Assembly (NCBI GenBank): GCA_964396065.1
Contig: CAYNCI010000017.1
Span: forward strand, 4,194 to 36,193
DNA length: 32,000 bases
Direction of reading: 5' to 3'
Source of the DNA: an uncultured Mesohalobacter sp.
Lineage (GTDB): Bacteria; Bacteroidota; Bacteroidia; Flavobacteriales; Flavobacteriaceae
The translations under genes and the position numbers were made by a program. The notes below the pieces were generated by a model. The model saw only the letters and a program-made list of their open reading frames with translations. It made no database searches and had not been told where the DNA came from. Below are positions 5,550-14,595 of the stretch, piece after piece. Position 1 is the first letter of the stretch, and every line of letters starts with the position of its first letter.

Positions 5550-8159
5550 ATGACATCTCAAGATATAAAACGAACTTTTTTTGATTTTTTTAATTCCAAG
5601 CAACACGATTACATTCCTTCGGCGCCAATTGTGCTTAAAGATGATCCTACATTAATGTTTACTAATGCGGGAATGAATCAATTTAAATCAGTCTTTTTAG
5701 GCACTGAAAAATTCGATAAACTAAGAGTGTATAACACCCAAAAGTGTTTACGTGTATCCGGCAAACACAACGACCTGGAAGAAGTAGGCATAGACCACTA
5801 CCACCATACAATGTTCGAAATGATGGGTAACTGGAGTTTTGGCAATTACTTTAAAAAAGAAGCGATTGCATGGGCATGGGAACTGCTGACTGAAGTTTAT
5901 AAAATTGACAAGAGTCTTTTGTATGTCACTGTTTTTGAAGGCTCTGAAGAAGATGGCCTATCTAAAGACGATGAAGCATATGCATTTTGGAAAGAGATTG
6001 TAGACGAGGAGCATATCATCCTTGGTAATAAAAAAGATAATTTCTGGGAAATGGGCGAACAAGGCCCATGCGGTCCGTCCTCAGAAATTCATATAGATTT
6101 AAGGTCGGATGAAGAAAAAAAGAAAACACCTGCACAACAGGTTGTAAACCATGATCATCCGGACGTTATAGAAATTTGGAACTTAGTCTTTATAGAATTT
6201 AACAGAAAAGCAAACGGCGCCTTAGAAAATTTACCCAACAAACATGTCGATACAGGTATGGGGTTCGAGCGTTTGTGTCGCGTGCTTCAGCATAAATCTT
6301 CTAATTATGATACCGATATTTTTCAACCTATTATCAAGACTGTAGAAGACATAAGCGGGCTTTCTTATGGCGAAAATCTTCAACAAGATATTGCCTTTAG
6401 AGTGGTTGCAGATCATATTCGAGCAGTCGCATTTTGCATTGTAGACGGACAATTGCCTTCTAGTAACGGCGCAGGTTATGTGATACGTCGTATTTTGAGA
6501 CGAGCGGTGAGATACGCTTATAATTTCTTAAACGTCAAAGAACCTTTCATGTTCAAACTTGTTGATATTTTGATTCATCAGTTTGAAAATGACTATCCTG
6601 AAATAAAGAAGTACGAAAAACTTTGTAAAAAAGTAATTAAAGAAGAAGAACAAAGTTTTTTAAACACACTCTCTCAAGGGTTAAAACGCTTGGACGATAT
6701 TATTGAAAATACGGAAGGGAAAGTTATTTCCGGAGAAAAAGTCTTCGAGTTGTTCGACACATATGGATTCCCTAAAGGTCTTACAGCTTTAATTTTAAGA
6801 GAAAAGGGACTAGAATACAACCATGATGAATTTAATGTTGCTTTAGAAAATCAAAAGAAAAGATCCAAATCGGCATCGGAGAGTTCAACTGGCGATTGGC
6901 ATAACATTAATTATTCAACTGAAGGCGTTTTTATTGGCTATGACACTTTACAAGCTGAAACAAGAGTACTTAAATACCGCACTGTAGAATCTAAAAAGGA
7001 TGGTAAACTTTATCAAATTGTATTAGACAAAACCCCATTTTATCCCGAAGGTGGCGGACAAGTTGGAGATAGAGGTGCAATAAGTTTTGATGGAGAAATC
7101 ATTAAAGTGATCGATACCAAAAAAGAACATGGTGATATTGTTCATATCTTAAAGGAGTTACCAAAAAAATTAGACGGAGCCGTTATAGCACAAGTTTCCA
7201 AACCTAAACGATTTTATTCGGAATGTAACCATACCGCAACACACTTATTACACTTTGCCTTACGTAATATCTTAGGCACTCATGTCGAGCAAAAAGGATC
7301 ATTGGTAAATGAGAAGCACCTCAGGTTTGATTTTTCTCATTTTGAAAAAATTTCGGCAGAAGACCTTTCTAAAGTCGAACATTTGGTCAATACCATGATT
7401 TCAGACCGACTGGAATTACAAGAAAACAGGACTGCGTCTTTCGAACAGGCCAAAAAAGAAGGCGCAATGGCGCTCTTTGGCGAAAAATATGGCGACAAAG
7501 TACGCACAATTCGTTTTGGAAATTCCATTGAATTATGCGGCGGCACCCATGTGCGCAACACCAGCGAAATTTGGTATTTTAAAATATTAAATGAATCTTC
7601 TATTGCTTCTGGGGTTAGACGAATCGAGGCCATCACAAATATTGCTGCTAAAAATTTCTTAGAAGATATCCTAAAGGAGTACCAAAGCATAGAACAACTT
7701 CTTGGCTTAAACCAAAGGCCAATAGACCAGGTAGAACAGTTGATGAAAAATTTTGAGCAGTTAAAGTCTGAAAACGAAAAACTGCTGAAAGAAAAAAGCA
7801 AAGCAACCAAATCTCAATTAAAAGAAGCTGTAGAAAATGTAAATGGTATACATTTCATTTCAGCCGAAGTAGATTTTGATGCAAAATCGATGAAAGATAT
7901 TGCTTTTGAATTAGGCGGAGAGATTGATAATTTGGTTTTAGTCTTAGGTTCACGACAAAATGAAAAGGCCTTATTGTGCTGTTACATTTCAAAAACTTTG
8001 GTAGAATCTAAAGGCTTAAACGCTGGAAAAATTGTAAAATCGCTGGGCAGACATATCAAAGGTGGCGGCGGTGGTCAAGCCTTTTTTGCAACTGCAGGAG
8101 GAAAAGAACCGGATGGAATCCCCAATGCTTTAAACGAAGTAAAAACACTCATTCAATAA
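5550..8159 (+). CDS. alaS: Alanine--tRNA ligase
   Basis: 869 aa. It shows the class II AlaRS N-terminus (FFxxKxH...PSAP...DPTLxFTNAGMNQFK), the editing-domain HTATHLLH / CGGTHV zinc motifs, and a C-terminal DHHA1-like GGGGGQ. Confidence 0.97.
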   Translation: MTSQDIKRTFFDFFNSKQHDYIPSAPIVLKDDPTLMFTNAGMNQFKSVFLGTEKFDKLRVYNTQKCLRVSGKHNDLEEVGIDHYHHTMFEMMGNWSFGNYFKKEAIAWAWELLTEVYKIDKSLLYVTVFEGSEEDGLSKDDEAYAFWKEIVDEEHIILGNKKDNFWEMGEQGPCGPSSEIHIDLRSDEEKKKTPAQQVVNHDHPDVIEIWNLVFIEFNRKANGALENLPNKHVDTGMGFERLCRVLQHKSSNYDTDIFQPIIKTVEDISGLSYGENLQQDIAFRVVADHIRAVAFCIVDGQLPSSNGAGYVIRRILRRAVRYAYNFLNVKEPFMFKLVDILIHQFENDYPEIKKYEKLCKKVIKEEEQSFLNTLSQGLKRLDDIIENTEGKVISGEKVFELFDTYGFPKGLTALILREKGLEYNHDEFNVALENQKKRSKSASESSTGDWHNINYSTEGVFIGYDTLQAETRVLKYRTVESKKDGKLYQIVLDKTPFYPEGGGQVGDRGAISFDGEIIKVIDTKKEHGDIVHILKELPKKLDGAVIAQVSKPKRFYSECNHTATHLLHFALRNILGTHVEQKGSLVNEKHLRFDFSHFEKISAEDLSKVEHLVNTMISDRLELQENRTASFEQAKKEGAMALFGEKYGDKVRTIRFGNSIELCGGTHVRNTSEIWYFKILNESSIASGVRRIEAITNIAAKNFLEDILKEYQSIEQLLGLNQRPIDQVEQLMKNFEQLKSENEKLLKEKSKATKSQLKEAVENVNGIHFISAEVDFDAKSMKDIAFELGGEIDNLVLVLGSRQNEKALLCCYISKTLVESKGLNAGKIVKSLGRHIKGGGGGQAFFATAGGKEPDGIPNALNEVKTLIQ

Positions 8160-8169
8160 TATATTACAG

Positions 8170-8673
8170 TTGAAGATCCTTCTGTTAAGCGACACACATT
8201 CCTACATAGATGAGAAGATTCTTAAGTATGCAAAAGAAGCAGACGAAGTTTGGCACGCCGGAGACATTGGCAGTCTTGAAGTTACAGACGAAATCGAAAA
8301 ACATGCTAAGCTAAGAGCCGTTTATGGCAATATCGACGATAATAAAATCCGAGATACGTTTCCGCTTCATCAAAAATTTAATATTGATGATTTGAAGATT
8401 TGGATAACGCATATTGGTGGATATCCCAACCGGTATAATCCAAAAATAAAACCCCAGTTATCTGCCGAAAAGCCGGATTTGTTTATTTGTGGGCACTCTC
8501 ATATATTGAAAGTTATGCGGGATCCAAAACTCGATTTATTACATATGAATCCGGGCGCTATTGGCATAAGAGGATTTCATCAAAAAAGGACAATGTTGCG
8601 TTTTAAAATAGAAAATTCAACACTCAAAGACCTCGAAGTAATCGATTTTGGAAAGAGAGGTGCTAAACCTTAA
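8170..8673 (+). CDS. Metallophosphoesterase, YfcE/MJ0936 family
   Basis: 167 aa with LLLSDTHS, HAGD, GNID, and GHSH motifs. It starts at TTG. No in-frame ATG would retain the DTHS motif. Confidence 0.85.
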   Translation: MKILLLSDTHSYIDEKILKYAKEADEVWHAGDIGSLEVTDEIEKHAKLRAVYGNIDDNKIRDTFPLHQKFNIDDLKIWITHIGGYPNRYNPKIKPQLSAEKPDLFICGHSHILKVMRDPKLDLLHMNPGAIGIRGFHQKRTMLRFKIENSTLKDLEVIDFGKRGAKP

Positions 8674-8811
8674 AAAATAGTGTGTAAATTTCATTTGCTA
8701 TAAGTATCTTAGTGGCCATTAGAGTTTTTTTTTAAAAAAAGCTGAGATTCGCTTTTAAGAAAAATTGTAAACATAGAGTTGAAATAAAAAATTAATAAAA
8801 ACAAGCCAACG

Positions 8812-9387
8812 ATGATTAATATTGTACTATTCGGACCTCCGGGTGCTGGAAAAGGAACACAAGCTGACATTTTAAAAGACAAATACAATCTAACGCACCT
8901 TTCTACAGGCGACATGTTTAGGTTTAACCTTAAAAATGAAACAGAGCTTGGCGTTCTTGCCAAATCTTATATGGACAAAGGCCATTTAGTTCCAGATGAA
9001 GTCACAATTAAAATGCTAAACGCAGAAGTAGACCGATTTTTACCTTGTGACGGTTTTATTTTCGATGGTTTTCCTAGAACAGAAGCTCAGGCTGATAGTT
9101 TAGCTGCGCTCATGACCGAAAAGGAGACCCAAATAAATGCAATGATAGCCCTAGAGGTCGATGACGAAGTTTTAGTCGAAAGGCTTTTAGCGAGAGGCAA
9201 AACTTCTGGCCGTCAGGACGATGCCAACGAAGATGTGATACGAAATAGAATTAAAGTGTATTACAACGAAACAGCTATTTTGAAGTCTTACTACGAAAAA
9301 CAAGACAAATATTTTGGTATTGATGGCGTTGGAAGTATTGAAGCGATCACTAAAAGAATAAGCAAAATCATAGATAGTCTTAAATAA
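8812..9387 (+). CDS. adk: Adenylate kinase
   Basis: 191 aa with P-loop GPPGAGKGTQA, then LSTGDMFR and GFPRT motifs. It is the short-lid form. Confidence 0.95.
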   Translation: MINIVLFGPPGAGKGTQADILKDKYNLTHLSTGDMFRFNLKNETELGVLAKSYMDKGHLVPDEVTIKMLNAEVDRFLPCDGFIFDGFPRTEAQADSLAALMTEKETQINAMIALEVDDEVLVERLLARGKTSGRQDDANEDVIRNRIKVYYNETAILKSYYEKQDKYFGIDGVGSIEAITKRISKIIDSLK

Positions 9388-9465
9388 ATTATAACGCTTG
9401 AAGTCAAGATAAAATACTAATCAAAAAAAGTTAATTATATTTGACTTCAATTCTAAGAGCTTTTA

Positions 9466-10230
9466 ATGGAACACGAGTTACAGGAAGATGGAAAATTCAA
9501 ATTTGTTGAAATAGGCGAAGGCAAACCCATAATAATCATGCATGGATTAATGGGTGGTTTAAGTAATTTTGATGGTGTATTAGAATTTTTCCCAAAAAAC
9601 GGATATAAGGTGGTCATACCTGAGTTGCCTTTATACGATTTGCCTATACTTAAAACCAATATTAAAAATATAACCACTTTCATCAAAGAATTTATTGATC
9701 TTCGAGGTTACAAGGACATTATTTTACTAGGTAACTCTTTAGGTGGTCATATCGGGCTGCTCACCACAAAATTGTATCCGGATATTGTAAATGCTTTAGT
9801 GATTACAGGAAGTTCCGGTTTGTATGAAAGTGCGATGGGCGAAAGTTATCCAAAACGTGGCGACTACGAGTACATTAAAGAAAAAGCTGAAAATGTGTTT
9901 TACGATCCTTCTATTGCTACAAAAGAAATAGTAGACGAGGTGTATAGAACCGTAAACGACAGGAACAAACTTATACGCACCTTAGCCATAGCTAAAAGCG
10001 CTATAAGACATAACATGTCCAAGGATTTACCTAAAATGAAACAGCCGACATGCATCATCTGGGGAAAACAAGACAATGTTACGCCTCCTAATGTTGCAGA
10101 GGAATTTCATGAAAAACTTCCAAACTCGAGTTTATACTGGATAGACAAATGTGGACATGCCGCCATGATGGAACATCCGGATGAGTTTAATAAAATTCTC
10201 TATAATTGGCTTGTAGAAAATAACCTTTAA
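9466..10230 (+). CDS. Alpha/beta hydrolase fold protein
   Basis: 254 aa with an HG oxyanion motif (IIMHGLMGG), the nucleophile elbow GNSLGG, and a C-terminal CGH catalytic His region. Confidence 0.85.
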   Translation: MEHELQEDGKFKFVEIGEGKPIIIMHGLMGGLSNFDGVLEFFPKNGYKVVIPELPLYDLPILKTNIKNITTFIKEFIDLRGYKDIILLGNSLGGHIGLLTTKLYPDIVNALVITGSSGLYESAMGESYPKRGDYEYIKEKAENVFYDPSIATKEIVDEVYRTVNDRNKLIRTLAIAKSAIRHNMSKDLPKMKQPTCIIWGKQDNVTPPNVAEEFHEKLPNSSLYWIDKCGHAAMMEHPDEFNKILYNWLVENNL

Positions 10231-10232
10231 AC

Positions 10233-10838
10233 ATGGATATCAAGACATCCAAGTTTGTAATAAGCAACAGTAAAGTAGAAGATTGCCCAAACAGCAGTTT
10301 GCCAGAATACGCGTTTATTGGCAGAAGTAACGTAGGTAAATCTTCTTTAATTAATATGCTCACCGGACGAAAAAGCCTGGCCAAAGTATCTGGAAAACCC
10401 GGTAAAACACGATTAATTAATCACTTTCTTATCAACGACAATTGGCATTTGGTCGATTTGCCGGGTTATGGCTATGCGAAAGTCAGTAAAAAAGAAAAGA
10501 AAGTTTTTCAGAAGTTTATTACCGATTATTTTAGAAAAAGAAATCAGCTTGTGAATGCCTTTGTGTTGGTAGACAGCAGACACGAACCCCAAACCATCGA
10601 TTTAGAATTCATGCAGTGGTTAGGCACGCAGATGATTCCTTTTTCCATTATTTTTACAAAAGCAGATAAACTTAAGCCTCAAGCCCTGGATAAAAATATG
10701 GCCCACTACAAGTCGGTATTAATGGAATACTGGGAAGAACTCATGCCTATGTTTATCACCTCTTCTGCAAACAACACTGGTAAAGAAGACGTTCTTAATT
10801 ATATAGGTGATATCAATCAAAGTCTTAATGCTTCTTAA
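10233..10838 (+). CDS. engB: Ribosome biogenesis GTP-binding protein YihA/EngB
   Basis: 201 aa with G1 GRSNVGKSS, G3 DLPGYG and G4 TKADK. It starts 2 nt after the hydrolase stop. Confidence 0.92.
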   Translation: MDIKTSKFVISNSKVEDCPNSSLPEYAFIGRSNVGKSSLINMLTGRKSLAKVSGKPGKTRLINHFLINDNWHLVDLPGYGYAKVSKKEKKVFQKFITDYFRKRNQLVNAFVLVDSRHEPQTIDLEFMQWLGTQMIPFSIIFTKADKLKPQALDKNMAHYKSVLMEYWEELMPMFITSSANNTGKEDVLNYIGDINQSLNAS

Positions 10839-11132
10839 TGTTGGAATCTCTCTCTAAGGCGTAAGGGCGCTAAGATTCTAATGGTATAAGGATTTCACTC
10901 AAAGGACATGGAAAGCCTGAATGCTTCATAATGACTTAATGTGTTAATCTCTCTTGAAGATGAAAGGCTTGTAAAACTATGTGAAGAAGGGTTTCACACA
11001 AAAGACACACATAGCCTTAATGTATCTTAATGACTTAATGTTTAAAATCTCTCGTGAAGACGCTAAGGCTTAAATGGTTTAAGAGTTTCAAGCTTAGGGC
11101 GCAAAGTCTTAATGACTCTTAATGCCTTAATG
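10824..11132 (+). repeat. Degenerate tandem array, about 3.3 copies with periods of 93, 99 and 92 bp. Each unit is headed by 2-3 CTTAATG heptamers.
   Basis: Unit starts are at 10824, 10917, 11016 and 11108. Each unit has the layout [CTTAATG]x2-3 + aatctctc + gaaga(t/c)g + aaggc + tttca(c/a). The first two heptamers form the last codons and the stop of engB. Confidence 0.8.
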
Positions 11133-11239
11133 TTGTATCAAATTAATAAATTTTACCACTAATATAGACTACATTTCTGTTATTTTTGAACCATTAAGCA
11201 AACTACTCAGTGAAAATTACAAAAAATAAATAGATAAAT

Positions 11240-11267
11240 CTTGGCGCCTTCGCGCCTTTGCGTGAGA
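11240..11267 (+). repeat. Triplet of CTTNGCG heptamers (cttggcg, cttcgcg and ctttgcg at 8-nt spacing) immediately upstream of recX
   Basis: Read directly from cttggcgccttcgcgcctttgcgtgaga. It has the same orientation and spacing logic as the CTTAATG triplets, and GC-rich relatives (gggcgctaag / cttagggcgcaaag) occur inside the array units. Confidence 0.6.
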
Positions 11268-11273
11268 CTAGTC

Positions 11274-11753
11274 ATGAAACCCACAAAGACATATACCGTT
11301 CAGGAAGCCTTACAAAAACTGGCAAAATATTGCGTGTATCAAGACCGTTGTCATAAAGAAGTGGAACAAAAATTACGAGATATGAATATGATTCCTCAAG
11401 CCAGACAGGAAATCATTGCTCATCTCATTCAACATGATTTTTTGAACGAAAAACGATTTGCGCTAAATTATGCTAGAGGTAAATTTAATCAGAAGCATTG
11501 GGGAAGAATAAGAATAAGACAAGAATTAAAAAAAAGAAACATTACTGAAAGGCTCATCAATCTGGCTATAGGTCAAATTTCGGAAGACGAATACCTTGAT
11601 AAACTACATGCCATAGCGACTAAAAAATATAAACAGCTGGGCTGTGATAATAGCATAGCTTCAAAAAATAAACTGAAAACTTTTCTGTTTTACAGAGGTT
11701 TTGAATCTCATCTTGTCTTCGATGAATTGAATAATTTAACTTCCACGCCCTAG
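11274..11753 (+). CDS. recX: Regulatory protein RecX
   Basis: It shows the helical-repeat pattern ALxKLxKYCxYQDRCxxEVxxKL...LxxxxFLNExRFAxxYARGKF..KxWGRxRIxQELKKRxI. I chose the start at the ATG at 11274, because the track's TTG extension is made of repeat sequence. Confidence 0.85.
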   Translation: MKPTKTYTVQEALQKLAKYCVYQDRCHKEVEQKLRDMNMIPQARQEIIAHLIQHDFLNEKRFALNYARGKFNQKHWGRIRIRQELKKRNITERLINLAIGQISEDEYLDKLHAIATKKYKQLGCDNSIASKNKLKTFLFYRGFESHLVFDELNNLTSTP

Positions 11754-11807
11754 ATTTCTACAAATATTAATTATTTTAGTAATTAGTAAACTAAAAAACC
11801 ACTTGTT

Positions 11808-12146
11808 ATGAACGAAAATGTACAGCCAAAACCAAATAACCACATGGTTATGGCAATAATTTCAACCGTTTTATCTGTAATTACTTGCACCTTTGTTTAT
11901 CTGATTCCTATTGCCGCTGGTATTGTGAGTATAGTTTACGCCAGCCAAGTAAATTCTAAATACGATAGAGGCGACCAAGAAGGCGCAGAGAGCTCTGCTA
12001 AGATTGCTAAAATTTCTTGGATAGTAGCTATAGTAACTATTGTGCTTATCTACATTGGATCATTCTTAATCTTCGGCGCATCTCTAGATGAAATGATGGA
12101 AATCTTTGAAGCCGAAATGGAAAAACAAAGAGCTTTACAGGAATAG
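11808..12146 (+). CDS. CD225/dispanin family membrane protein
   Basis: 112 aa with two TM segments flanking IVSIVYASQVNSKYDRGDQEGAESSAKIAK, which is the CD225 signature region. Confidence 0.75.
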   Translation: MNENVQPKPNNHMVMAIISTVLSVITCTFVYLIPIAAGIVSIVYASQVNSKYDRGDQEGAESSAKIAKISWIVAIVTIVLIYIGSFLIFGASLDEMMEIFEAEMEKQRALQE

Positions 12147-12185
12147 TTCGTAAGACTATTACGTATAAGTTCGACACCTCTTAAT

Positions 12186-12599
12186 ATGAACATTTCAAAA
12201 CCTATCAGGTATACTCTTATTATTGTTGGTATTCTGATAGGTTTACTGTTTTTCTGGTTTTACCATACCCTAAACCCAAGTGAACATTCCGTTTATCCCG
12301 AATGTCAGTTTTATGCTTCAACGGGTTATCTGTGTCCGGGATGTGGCAGCCAAAGAGCTGTACACGATATCTTACATTTCAATATAACTGAAGCGTTTAA
12401 GCACAATGCACTGGTAGGTCTTTCAATTTTAGCTTTGGTCTATCTTGTTTTTGTGCTTGCTTTCAACAAAATTTCATCCAAAAAAATACCAAATTATTTT
12501 AACCGTGCATCTACAGCATATGCCATTTTAGGCATCATACTAATCTTCTGGATTTTAAGGAATTTACCTTTCGAGGTGTTTAATATTTTAAGGCCTTAA
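12186..12599 (+). CDS. DUF2752-type membrane protein
   Basis: 137 aa. A CPGCGSQRA motif follows the first TM helix, and further TM helices come after it. This family commonly sits next to CD225 genes. Confidence 0.7.
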   Translation: MNISKPIRYTLIIVGILIGLLFFWFYHTLNPSEHSVYPECQFYASTGYLCPGCGSQRAVHDILHFNITEAFKHNALVGLSILALVYLVFVLAFNKISSKKIPNYFNRASTAYAILGIILIFWILRNLPFEVFNILRP

Positions 12600-12645
12600 T
12601 AAAAAGTAAGCCTCATTATTTTTTAACTTTGTTAAAAAATTAGAT

Positions 12646-14097
12646 ATGCTTAAAAATATAGAACCTCAAATCGTCTGGAAACATTTTAGTGATTTAAATG
12701 CTGTGCCAAGACCTTCTAAAAAAGAAGAGCGAGTTATTCAATTCATGATGGATTTTGGAAACAGCTTAGGTTTAGAAACTTTAAAAGATAAAGCGGGGAA
12801 TGTTATCATCAAAAAACCAGCATCCAAAGGCTTTGAAAACCGAAAAACGGTAGTATTGCAGTCGCATTTGGACATGGTTCATCAAAAAAATGAAGACACA
12901 GTATTCGATTTTGAAACACAAGGTATAGAAATGTATGTGGAAAAGGATTGGGTAAAAGCTAAAGGCACGACCCTAGGTGCAGATAACGGTTTAGGCGTAG
13001 CGACCATAATGAGCATTTTGTCTTCAGATGATATTGAGCATCCGCCTTTAGAAGCCTTATTTACCATAGATGAAGAAACGGGCATGACGGGCGCTAAAGA
13101 ACTGGATCCAAATATTTTAGAAGGAGATATTTTACTTAACTTAGATACTGAAGAGGACGACGAAATTGGAATTGGTTGCGCAGGTGGGATAGACGTCACC
13201 GCTACTCGTTTTTATATTGAAGAGTCTATTCCGGAAGAGGCATCGGCATTTAATATCACCATAAAAGGTCTGCAAGGCGGGCATTCCGGCATGGATATCA
13301 TCAAAGGACTAGGTAACGCAAACAAAATTCAAAACAGAATACTTTATAATTTACACAAAACCTTTCAGTTAAAGCTTTCCAGCATTAATGGTGGCGGTTT
13401 AAGAAATGCTATCCCTAGAGAAAGCCAATCAACCATTGTCGTTTTAAACAAAGAAATAAAAGACTTAAAAGAACAATTTAACAATGTAAAAGAGAATATC
13501 TTAACGGAGTTTAAATCTCTAGAACCAAATTTAAGCATCGAACTTAGCGAAACTAATCTTCCAAAATCTGTTGTAAGCAGCGATGTACAAGATATGCTCA
13601 TAAAAGCAATACAGACAGCACATAATGGTGTATATCGTATGAGTCCTGATGTAGAAGGGCTGGTAGAAACATCTAATAACATCGCAAGAGTTGAAGTTGG
13701 TGAGGGCAAAATCCAAATATTATGCCTGACAAGATCTTCTGTCGAATCTAGTAAATGGGACTTGGCCTATAGCCTAGAAAGCGCTTTCGATTTGGCAGGT
13801 TGTAATGTAAAATTTTCTGGAGATTATCCCGGCTGGGCGCCAAACCCGGATTCTGAAATTTTAAATATTCTAGATAGGCTTTATCAGGAAAAATTTAAAG
13901 AACAACCCAACATTGCAGCTTGCCACGCAGGATTGGAATGTGGTATTTTAGGCAGTCATTACCCCAAAATGGACATGGTATCTTTTGGCCCAACCATTAA
14001 AGGAGCACATTCTCCGGACGAACGTGCCAGCATCTCTTCAACTCAAAAATTTTGGTCGTATCTACTGGATATTTTGAAAAATATTCCTGAGAAATAA
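12646..14097 (+). CDS. pepD: Aminoacyl-histidine (Xaa-His) dipeptidase, M20 family
   Basis: 483 aa. It aligns by eye with E. coli PepD at VWKHFSDLNAVPRPSKKEE, VVLQSHLDMV, GTTLGADNG, DEETGMTGA and GCAGG. Confidence 0.9.
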   Translation: MLKNIEPQIVWKHFSDLNAVPRPSKKEERVIQFMMDFGNSLGLETLKDKAGNVIIKKPASKGFENRKTVVLQSHLDMVHQKNEDTVFDFETQGIEMYVEKDWVKAKGTTLGADNGLGVATIMSILSSDDIEHPPLEALFTIDEETGMTGAKELDPNILEGDILLNLDTEEDDEIGIGCAGGIDVTATRFYIEESIPEEASAFNITIKGLQGGHSGMDIIKGLGNANKIQNRILYNLHKTFQLKLSSINGGGLRNAIPRESQSTIVVLNKEIKDLKEQFNNVKENILTEFKSLEPNLSIELSETNLPKSVVSSDVQDMLIKAIQTAHNGVYRMSPDVEGLVETSNNIARVEVGEGKIQILCLTRSSVESSKWDLAYSLESAFDLAGCNVKFSGDYPGWAPNPDSEILNILDRLYQEKFKEQPNIAACHAGLECGILGSHYPKMDMVSFGPTIKGAHSPDERASISSTQKFWSYLLDILKNIPEK

Positions 14098-14126
14098 AGT
14101 ATTAGTGATATTTATCTAAGTGAGAA

Positions 14127-14531
14127 ATGACTAAAAAGCAAGTCACCCAACTATCTTATGATGTAACTGGTTATGCAATAAAAGTTCATAAAGCATTGGG
14201 GCCCGGATTGCTTGAGAGTGTTTATGAAAAATGTTTAAAACATGAGCTTATTTTAAATGGATATCATGTAAGACAGCAGGTATCTGTCCCGTTAAAATAT
14301 AATGGGATCGCAATAGAAACTGATTTGAAGTTAGATCTTTTGGTAAACGATATAATAGTTGTTGAACTAAAAACTGTTGAATGTTTACTTCCGGTACATG
14401 AAGCACAATTATTAACTTATATGAAATTGCTAGAAAAACCTCAGGGTTTACTTATTAATTTCTATACTGATAACATCACAAAATCACTAAAACCCATGGT
14501 AAACGAGTTTTTTAGAGATTTACCTGATTAA
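14127..14531 (+). CDS. GxxExxY family protein (PD-(D/E)XK-like)
   Basis: 134 aa with the signature GPGLLESVYEKCL and the downstream DLLVNDIIVVELK motif. Confidence 0.85.
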   Translation: MTKKQVTQLSYDVTGYAIKVHKALGPGLLESVYEKCLKHELILNGYHVRQQVSVPLKYNGIAIETDLKLDLLVNDIIVVELKTVECLLPVHEAQLLTYMKLLEKPQGLLINFYTDNITKSLKPMVNEFFRDLPD

Positions 14532-14595
14532 AACTAATTATTAAAGGTGTCTTTGAAAACAATTTGTATGTGGCAAAACTTTATGCCTAAATGCT

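Noticed and set aside
5472-5606. N-terminal 45-aa extension of the M23 peptidase ORF (track start at 5606)
   Set aside because: It would overlap the alaS start codon and run through the divergent promoter region. The Met at 5471 (MSKVKYY...) is followed by a normal membrane anchor and is the sensible start.
6231-7810. Antisense ORFs 6231-6452 and 7337-7810 inside alaS
   Set aside because: They lie wholly within a confidently identified essential gene on the opposite strand. Their translations are low-complexity, Ser/Phe/Cys-rich shadow-frame products.
8709-8963. Minus-strand 84-aa ORF overlapping the adk start
   Set aside because: It is antisense to the adk P-loop region, and the remainder lies in the adk promoter spacer.
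9398-9450. Inverted repeat ttgaagtcaa ... ttgacttcaa as a terminator for adk
   Set aside because: The 10-bp arms are separated by a loop of about 33 nt with no following T tract. This is not a convincing intrinsic terminator and could arise by chance in AT-rich DNA.
9453-10384. Minus-strand ORFs 9453-9686 and 10187-10384
   Set aside because: They are antisense to the alpha/beta hydrolase and engB genes and are shadow frames.
10824-11132. Possible CRISPR array
   Set aside because: The conserved elements are 7-nt words inside degenerate units of about 95 bp. They are not 25-40-nt identical repeats separated by unique spacers, and there are no cas genes in the window.
11241-11273. TTG-initiated extension of recX (MAPSRLCVRLV)
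   Set aside because: It is encoded entirely by the CTTNGCG repeat triplet. The ATG at 11274 gives a normal RecX N-terminus.
12882-13716. Antisense ORFs 12882-13199, 13365-13709 and 13531-13716 inside pepD
   Set aside because: These are shadow ORFs opposite a well-supported CDS, with no motifs.
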